From: an uncultured Verrucomicrobia subdivision 3 bacterium | Lineage (GTDB): Bacteria > Verrucomicrobiota > Verrucomicrobiia > Limisphaerales > UBA11358 | Assembly (NCBI GenBank): GCA_903917705.1 | Contig: CAIXBQ010000133.1 | Span: forward strand, 652-64,651 | Direction: 5' to 3' | Length of the DNA stretch: 64,000 nt | Shown here: in pieces, positions 57,585 through 64,000 of the stretch | Layout of the letters: every line of letters starts with the position of its first letter | Position numbering within the stretch: the stretch's first letter is position 1 | Program-made: the position numbers and the translations under genes | The notes under the pieces: generated by a model | Databases searched by the model: none | Told to the model about the DNA's origin: nothing | Seen by the model: the letters and a program-made list of their open reading frames with translations, nothing else

Positions 57585-60500
57585 ATGATGAATTTTATGA
57601 ACCGCTTACGCCTCCCGATCTTGGGGCTTCTTCTCGCCGCCATTCTGCAAGCTCCTGCCGTGGCCGGTCCGCGCGACGCGCAATGGAAAGCCGTGCAGGA
57701 CGCAGTCAGCAAAGGTTTGCCTCAGACTGCCATCACCAACCTCGAACCGATCATCGCCGCCGCGATGAATGAAAAAGCCTACGCCGAGGCGACGAAGGCC
57801 ATTGGCCAGAAAATCGCGCTGGAGGGGAACATTCAGGGGAACAAGGCCGAGGAGCGCGTTGTGCGACTGGAAGCCGAGATCGCTAGGGCGCCTGCCGGGA
57901 TGAAGCCGGTGTTGCAAACATTGCTCGCGCACTGGTATTGGAGCTATTTCCAGCAGAACCGCTGGCGCTTCATGCAGCGCACGCAGACGACGGAAGCCCC
58001 CGGCAAGGATTTCACGACTTGGGATTTGACGCGCCTGTTTGCCGAGATTGACAAACATTTCCAGGCCGCGCTCGCCGCTGACAAATTGCTCAAGGGCACC
58101 CCCATCACCGCCTGGGATGGCCTGCTCGAAAAGGGCACCATGCCCGATCGCTACCGCCCGACGCTCTATGATTTTCTCGCGCACGAGGCTTTGGAATTCT
58201 ACACCAGCGGCGAACAGGCGGGCGCAAAGGCGGAGGGCGAATTTGAATTGCTGGCGGACAGCCCCATTCTCGATGGAGCGGAAAAGTTCCTGGCCTGGCA
58301 TCTCGCGAAACCCTCCACCCCGCCGGAAAAGGCCATTCTTCTCTACCAGCAGTTGCTGAACTTTCATCAGGCTGACCAGGACCCGTCCGCGCTTTGCGAC
58401 ATAAATCTTGAACGGTTGGTCTGGGGCTGGAACACCGCGGGCGGCGAAGAAAAAAACGCCCGGTTCAAGGCCGCCTTGAAAGATTTCATCGCCAAATGGG
58501 GCGATCATCCGCTCGCGGCCATGGCTTCGTGGAACCTGGCGCGCGTCGTCAAGGACGAAGGCGACTGGGTTGGGGCGCGGCAGATTGCGTTGTCGGCTAA
58601 GTCGGCGCATCCCGGCACGCACGGCGCGAAGAATTGCGCGAACCTCATCACCGAAATCGAGGCGAAGTCCGCCAATATCAGCACCGAGCGCGTGTGGAAT
58701 TCCGGCGCCGTCATCTCCGTCCGCTATCGCAACGTGGATCGGGTTTATTTCCGCGCCATCGCCGCGGACTGGGAATCGTTCCTTGACCGCCGGCGCCCGC
58801 GCCCGGAAAACCTCGGCCAGAAGGAACAGCGCGAATTTCTCGCCCGGCCCGCGGCGCTGGAATGGTCCGCTTCGCTTCCGGCCACGGCGGATTTCAAGGA
58901 GCGCACGTTCAGCCCGCCCGCGCCGCCAACGCTCAAGCCGGGATTTTATTTTATCTTCGCCAGCCATGATCCCTCCTTCGGCGAGAAAACCAACCAGGTC
59001 TCCATGGCCCCCGTCTGGGTGAGCAAACTGGCGCTCGTCCTGCGCACGCGCTCCGGCTCGTTTGAGGGTTTTGTGCTGGAGGCGGGTTCCGGCGAACCCA
59101 TCGCTGGCGCGGAGGTCAACGCGTGGTATCTCGACCCGAACGGCACCCGCATCGCCAGTGCGCCCCTGGCCACGGACACCAACGGTTTCTTCAGCCTCAA
59201 GCCGGTGCCGCAGCGCAGCTATCTATTTCGCGTGCGGCATCAGGGCCGCGAACTCGCCTCCGCGCAGGACGTTTGGAATTATGACTGGCGCGGGCAGCGC
59301 GACGAAAACTGGCCGCGCCAGCAAACGGTGTTCTTCACCGACCGCGCGATATACCGCCCCGGCCAGACAATTCAATACAAGGGCATCTGCCTGGAGCTGA
59401 ATCAAAAATCCGACAGCTACACCACGCTGGCAGGCGAATCGATCGAAGTCGTCTTTCGCGACCCGAACGGACAGGAGATTGGCCGCGCCAGGCATCGCGC
59501 CAACGACTTCGGTTCCTTTGCCGGCAGCTTCACCGCGCCGCGCGACCGCCTGATGGGCCAGATGCGGATCGAGGCGCAAGGGCGCTGCAATGGCATCGCC
59601 TCGTTCAGCGTCGAGGAATACAAGCGCCCTAAATTCGAGGTCACCCTTGACGCGCCGAAAATTGCGCCCAAGCTCGGTGAGCCGGCCGTTGTCCCCGGCA
59701 AAGCCGCCAGCTACACCGGCGCGGCCGTGGATGGTGCCACGGTGAAATGGCGCGTGCAGCGGGAAGTGCGCTGGCCCTGGTGGTGCGGCTGGTGGCGCGG
59801 CGGTTTTCCATCCAGTCCCGCGCAGGAGATCGCCCACGGCACGGCGAAAACCGGCGTGGACGGCGCGTTCACGATTGGGTTTCTTGCCAAGCCGGATCTC
59901 GCCATCTCGCCGACGAACGAGCCGACGTTTGTTTATACCGTGACTGCCGATGTGACGGACAGCGCGGGGGAAACGCGCTCCGCCGACCGCAGCGTGCGCG
60001 TAGGCTATGCCGCGCTGGAAGCCGTGCTCACTGCGGATGAATGGCAGGTATCTGCGAAGCCGGTGGAAGTCAAAATCTCAACGGTCACGCTCGACGGCGA
60101 GCCGCAGGTGGCCGAAGGGTCGCTGAAAGTTTACCGGCTGAAATCGCCTGCAAAGGTCGTCCGTGCCCCCATCGGCGCGGAGGATTCTGACGAGGACGGC
60201 AAGCCGGATGCGGATTTGTCGAACCCGAACAATTGGGTGCTGGGTGAAGTCGCGGTCGGGCACGGTTTCACGACGGATACAAACGGCGAGGCAAAATTAT
60301 CCTTCAAGTTGGCCGGGGGCGCCTATCGCGTCATGGTCGAAACGCAGGATCGCTTCGGCAGGAAAGTCACCGGCCGGCTGCCGTTGCAGGTGCTCCAGCC
60401 GGAAGCGCCGGCGCTCGGGATCAAAGTTCCGAACCTCGTCGCCGCGCCGGATTGGGAAGCGCAGCCGGGCGGGGAATTCACGGCGGTGTGGGGCACGGGC

Positions 60501-63500
60501 TATGAAACCGGCCGCGCGTTCATTGAGATCGAGCAGCGTGATAAATTTATCCAGCGCTATTGGACCACGCCGGGCCGTGAACAGCAGCAGATCAAACTGG
60601 CGGTGACGGAGGCGATGCGCGGCGGTTTCACCTTGCACATCACGCAAGTGCGTGAGAACCGGGCCTATCTCACCTCGCACCAGATCAACGTGCCGTGGCA
60701 GAACAAGGATCTGGATTTGAAATGGGAGCACTTCGTCTCAAAGTTGATGCCGGGCCAGAAGGAGACCTGGAGTTTGGTTGTAAAAAACCCGCCTTCCGCA
60801 TCCGGCCTTCCTCAATCGGCTGAAAAAGTGGCGGCGGAATTGGTGGCCACGCTTTACGATGAATCGCTGGACGCCTACGCGCCGCACGGTTGGCCGGGCG
60901 GCTTCGGCGTTTTCCGCCAGGATTACAGCACGGCGCAGCCGCTATTCGGCAACGCCGCCCAGCAATTTCAGCATGAATTCAGCAACTGGAACCAGCGCTG
61001 GGAAGGGGTGGCAATTACCTATCGCCATTTTCCGGCAGACCTGACGCAGCGCGTGTGGGGCTACGCCTGGGGAGGTTTGATGTATAAGTCGGCGCGAGGA
61101 GGAATGCCTGCGGGAGCGGTGATGATGGATGCCATGGTGTTGAATTCTGCGGCGCCGGCTCCAGCCATGCCCATGGCCGCAGCCATCGAGGAGGCTCTTA
61201 TGCCGGCAAAGACCGCAACCAGGTTGGGCCGGGATGCTCAGGCAGACCTGAATGGCCTTCCCGTGGATACTCTGGCAGGCCACGGTGCCAGCGCGCCAAA
61301 GCCTGACCTCAGCCAGGTAGCCGCGCGCAAAAACCTCAACGAGACGGCGTTTTTCTTTCCGCAGCTCACGAGCGATTCCAACGGCGTCGTGCGCCTGACG
61401 TTCACCATGCCGGAGGCGCTGACCAAATGGCGTTTCCTGGGCTTTGCGCATGACCGGCAATTGCGCGCGGGCTTGCTCGAAGCCCACGCCGTCACCGCCA
61501 AGGACATCATGGTGCAGCCGAATCCGCCGCGCTTCTTGCGCGAAGGCGACACGCTGGAGTTCAGCGTGAAAATTTCCAACCAGAGCGGCCGGCCGCAGCA
61601 AGGCGCTGTGAAACTGGCGTTCTCGGACGCAGCTACCCAGCAGCCCGTGGATGCGTTGTTGGGCAATTCCAAGCCCGAGCTTGCCTTTGCCATTCCCGCG
61701 AAGGAATCGCGCAGTTATTCCTGGCGCATCAGCGTGCCGGACGGCGCGCCGTTCCTCGTTTACAAAGCCGTGGCTTCGACCGGCGCATTGAGCGACGGCG
61801 AGGAGGGTTATCTGCCCGTGCTGTCGCGGCGCATTTTCGTGACGGAATCGCTGCCGTTGCCGATTCGCGGCAAGGTCGGTGGCGGCGAGGTGGTGAAAAA
61901 GTTCAAGTTCACCAAGCTGCTTGATTCCGGCAAATCTTCAACCCTCCAGCAAGCGGGGCTCACGGTGCAAATGGTGTCGCAGCCGGCATGGTATGCGGTG
62001 TTGGCGCTGCCGTATCTCATGGAGTATCCCTACGAATGCAGCGAGCAGACCTTCAACCGTCTTTACGCCAACGCGCTCGCCCGCCACATCGCGAACAGCG
62101 ACCCGAAAATCCGCCGCGTGTTTGATCTTTGGAAAAACACGCCCGTGCTGGATTCGCCGATGGAAAAAAATCAGGATCTTAAATCCGTGATGATCGAGGA
62201 GACGCCGTGGTGGCGGCAGGCCAGGAACGAAAGCGAGGCGCGTCAAAATGTGGGCATCCTTTTCGACGACAACCGCCTCAACACCGAGACGGCAGCCACG
62301 CTTCAAAAACTGGGCGAAATGCAGATCGGCGACGGACGGTGGCCTTGGTTTCCCGGCGGCTACGGCAATGATTACATCACGCTGTACATCGTCACGGGCT
62401 TCGGCCGCCTGCGGCACCTCGATGTGGACGTGAACGTGGCTCCGGCGATCCGCGCATTGCAGCGGCTGGACGAATGGATGCGCGAGAATTATGACCGCAT
62501 CCAGAAGGATTGGAAGCATCCGGAGGAATATGTTCCCGGCCCGACGGATGCGCTGTATCTCTACGGCCGCAGCTTTTTCCTGAAGGACCTTCCCGTGGCC
62601 GCGCCAAACCAGCAGGCCGTGAGCTTTTTCCTGAAACAATCGCGCAAGTTCTGGCTGCAAACCGATAACCGCCAGACTCAAGGCCATCTCGCCATCGCGC
62701 TGAAACGTTTCAATGCATTCAATTCATTTGCCGATTCCACGCCACTCGACATCATGAAATCGCTCAAGGAGCGCAGTGTGACCAACGAGGAAATGGGCCG
62801 TTTCTGGCGCGACACCGAATTGAGCTGGTGGTGGTATCGGGCGCCCATCGAGACGCAGGCGCTGATGATCGAGGCGTTTGACGAGGTGGCGGGCGACGCG
62901 CCAGCGGTGGACGACTGCCGCGTCTGGTTGCTCAAGCAAAAGCAGACGCAGGATTGGAAGACGACCACCGCCACGTCGGACGCGGTTTATGCGCTGCTCC
63001 TGCGCGGCAAAAACCTGCTCGCCAGCGACCAGCTCGTGGAAGTGACCGTGGGTGGAATCAACGTGACCCCTGGCGCAAAATCCGGACTCAAGACTGCGGT
63101 CGAACCCGGCACCGGTTTTTACGAACGCCGTTTCACCGGCGCGGAAGTGAAGCCGAAGATGGGTGAAATCACCGTGAAGAAGCTGGACGAGGGCGTTTCC
63201 TGGGGCAGTGTGCATTGGCAGTATTTCGAGGACATAAGCAAGGTGACTCCTTACGAGGGCACGCCGCTTAAGCTCAAAAAGAGCCTGTTCACCAGGGTTT
63301 ACACCCCCAAAGGCCCGACGCTGGAACCGGTAAAAGGCGCGCTCGCCGTCGGCGACGAACTTGTCGTGCGCATTGAGTTGCGCGTGGACCGCGACATGGA
63401 ATACGTCCATCTCGAGGACCAGCGCGCCAGCGGCACGGAGCCGGTGAACGTGCTGTCGCGCTACAAATATCAGGACGGCCTCGCCTACTATGAAAGCACC

Positions 63501-63677
63501 CGTGACACCGCAAGCCACTTCTTCATTGATTATCTGCCGAAGGGCGCTTACGTGTTCGAATACTCGACGCGCGTGCAGCAGCGCGGCAGTTATCAGACCG
63601 GCATGGCTCAAATCCAGTGCATGTATGCGCCGGAGTTCAACAGCCACAGCGAAAGCCTGCCGCTGGTGGTGGAGTGA
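57585..63677 (+). CDS. Alpha-2-macroglobulin family protein
   Basis: Signal peptide, TDR.IYRPG, VEEYK.P, RKNLNETAFF, PRFLREGD, thioester CSEQ and MYAPE. Confidence 0.93.
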   Translation: MMNFMNRLRLPILGLLLAAILQAPAVAGPRDAQWKAVQDAVSKGLPQTAITNLEPIIAAAMNEKAYAEATKAIGQKIALEGNIQGNKAEERVVRLEAEIARAPAGMKPVLQTLLAHWYWSYFQQNRWRFMQRTQTTEAPGKDFTTWDLTRLFAEIDKHFQAALAADKLLKGTPITAWDGLLEKGTMPDRYRPTLYDFLAHEALEFYTSGEQAGAKAEGEFELLADSPILDGAEKFLAWHLAKPSTPPEKAILLYQQLLNFHQADQDPSALCDINLERLVWGWNTAGGEEKNARFKAALKDFIAKWGDHPLAAMASWNLARVVKDEGDWVGARQIALSAKSAHPGTHGAKNCANLITEIEAKSANISTERVWNSGAVISVRYRNVDRVYFRAIAADWESFLDRRRPRPENLGQKEQREFLARPAALEWSASLPATADFKERTFSPPAPPTLKPGFYFIFASHDPSFGEKTNQVSMAPVWVSKLALVLRTRSGSFEGFVLEAGSGEPIAGAEVNAWYLDPNGTRIASAPLATDTNGFFSLKPVPQRSYLFRVRHQGRELASAQDVWNYDWRGQRDENWPRQQTVFFTDRAIYRPGQTIQYKGICLELNQKSDSYTTLAGESIEVVFRDPNGQEIGRARHRANDFGSFAGSFTAPRDRLMGQMRIEAQGRCNGIASFSVEEYKRPKFEVTLDAPKIAPKLGEPAVVPGKAASYTGAAVDGATVKWRVQREVRWPWWCGWWRGGFPSSPAQEIAHGTAKTGVDGAFTIGFLAKPDLAISPTNEPTFVYTVTADVTDSAGETRSADRSVRVGYAALEAVLTADEWQVSAKPVEVKISTVTLDGEPQVAEGSLKVYRLKSPAKVVRAPIGAEDSDEDGKPDADLSNPNNWVLGEVAVGHGFTTDTNGEAKLSFKLAGGAYRVMVETQDRFGRKVTGRLPLQVLQPEAPALGIKVPNLVAAPDWEAQPGGEFTAVWGTGYETGRAFIEIEQRDKFIQRYWTTPGREQQQIKLAVTEAMRGGFTLHITQVRENRAYLTSHQINVPWQNKDLDLKWEHFVSKLMPGQKETWSLVVKNPPSASGLPQSAEKVAAELVATLYDESLDAYAPHGWPGGFGVFRQDYSTAQPLFGNAAQQFQHEFSNWNQRWEGVAITYRHFPADLTQRVWGYAWGGLMYKSARGGMPAGAVMMDAMVLNSAAPAPAMPMAAAIEEALMPAKTATRLGRDAQADLNGLPVDTLAGHGASAPKPDLSQVAARKNLNETAFFFPQLTSDSNGVVRLTFTMPEALTKWRFLGFAHDRQLRAGLLEAHAVTAKDIMVQPNPPRFLREGDTLEFSVKISNQSGRPQQGAVKLAFSDAATQQPVDALLGNSKPELAFAIPAKESRSYSWRISVPDGAPFLVYKAVASTGALSDGEEGYLPVLSRRIFVTESLPLPIRGKVGGGEVVKKFKFTKLLDSGKSSTLQQAGLTVQMVSQPAWYAVLALPYLMEYPYECSEQTFNRLYANALARHIANSDPKIRRVFDLWKNTPVLDSPMEKNQDLKSVMIEETPWWRQARNESEARQNVGILFDDNRLNTETAATLQKLGEMQIGDGRWPWFPGGYGNDYITLYIVTGFGRLRHLDVDVNVAPAIRALQRLDEWMRENYDRIQKDWKHPEEYVPGPTDALYLYGRSFFLKDLPVAAPNQQAVSFFLKQSRKFWLQTDNRQTQGHLAIALKRFNAFNSFADSTPLDIMKSLKERSVTNEEMGRFWRDTELSWWWYRAPIETQALMIEAFDEVAGDAPAVDDCRVWLLKQKQTQDWKTTTATSDAVYALLLRGKNLLASDQLVEVTVGGINVTPGAKSGLKTAVEPGTGFYERRFTGAEVKPKMGEITVKKLDEGVSWGSVHWQYFEDISKVTPYEGTPLKLKKSLFTRVYTPKGPTLEPVKGALAVGDELVVRIELRVDRDMEYVHLEDQRASGTEPVNVLSRYKYQDGLAYYESTRDTASHFFIDYLPKGAYVFEYSTRVQQRGSYQTGMAQIQCMYAPEFNSHSESLPLVVE

Positions 63678-63942
63678 GAGCAGGAATCAAGTTCATCACA
63701 TCAAGCAAGGCCTGCCGCCAGCCGTGTACCCCGGCAAACCGGCCGTGCTGGATGTGCGGCGTAGGATGGCTAGCCACAATGACAATTCGCCACGGCGACG
63801 ACGGTTGATCCGTTGTGGGCGAGGTTCAGTGAAATTGTGTTGAATCCTGGCAAGTCGAGTTGGGCAGGTCAGGCTTACTGACAGTTTCGCTGACATTGGC
63901 CCGTCCTATTTGTGCAACCCGTTGATGCGAAAGCATCAAAAA

Positions 63943-63963
63943 TGGCTCCAGAGGTAGGACTCG
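63943..63963 (-). mobile_element. tRNA(Asn-like) 3' fragment, candidate att site
   Basis: Minus strand CGAGTCCTACCTCTGGAGCCA is a T-arm 3' half, acceptor strand and CCA; similarity stops within the T-loop. Confidence 0.65.
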
Positions 63964-64000
63964 CCCCGATGATGAGTAGAATACGCGGTTTTATTGGGGA

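Overview
High-GC bacterial chromosome segment, by inference Verrucomicrobiota (Pedosphaera/Limisphaerales-like, judged from the C-terminal RFYR domains on secreted proteins and the repeat styles). Housekeeping content: split class I fumarase, pfk, lemA-TPM-TPM, lipA/grx/gcvH/gcvT, parA, ECF sigma plus anti-sigma, polyprenyl synthase, pnp-rpsO-tilS and tRNA-Ala(GGC). An 11-subunit-type complex I operon with two nuoM genes, no nuoEFG and nuoI ahead of nuoH sits between gcvT and gcvH. Accessory parts: two intergenic arrays of about 10 palindromic 20-21 bp units, each next to REP/REPIN-like hairpins and orphan genes (one encodes a helical-bundle + FN3 protein); two tandem multidomain S53 proteases; a pilin-only Tad/Flp cassette beside the tRNA; a repeat-rich 0.9 kb intergenic region with an IHF-centred inverted repeat; a thioester alpha-2-macroglobulin; and a tRNA-Asn-like 3' fragment (probable att site) at the right edge. 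Two single-base frameshifts may be assembly errors. All calls come from reading motifs by eye; no searches were run.
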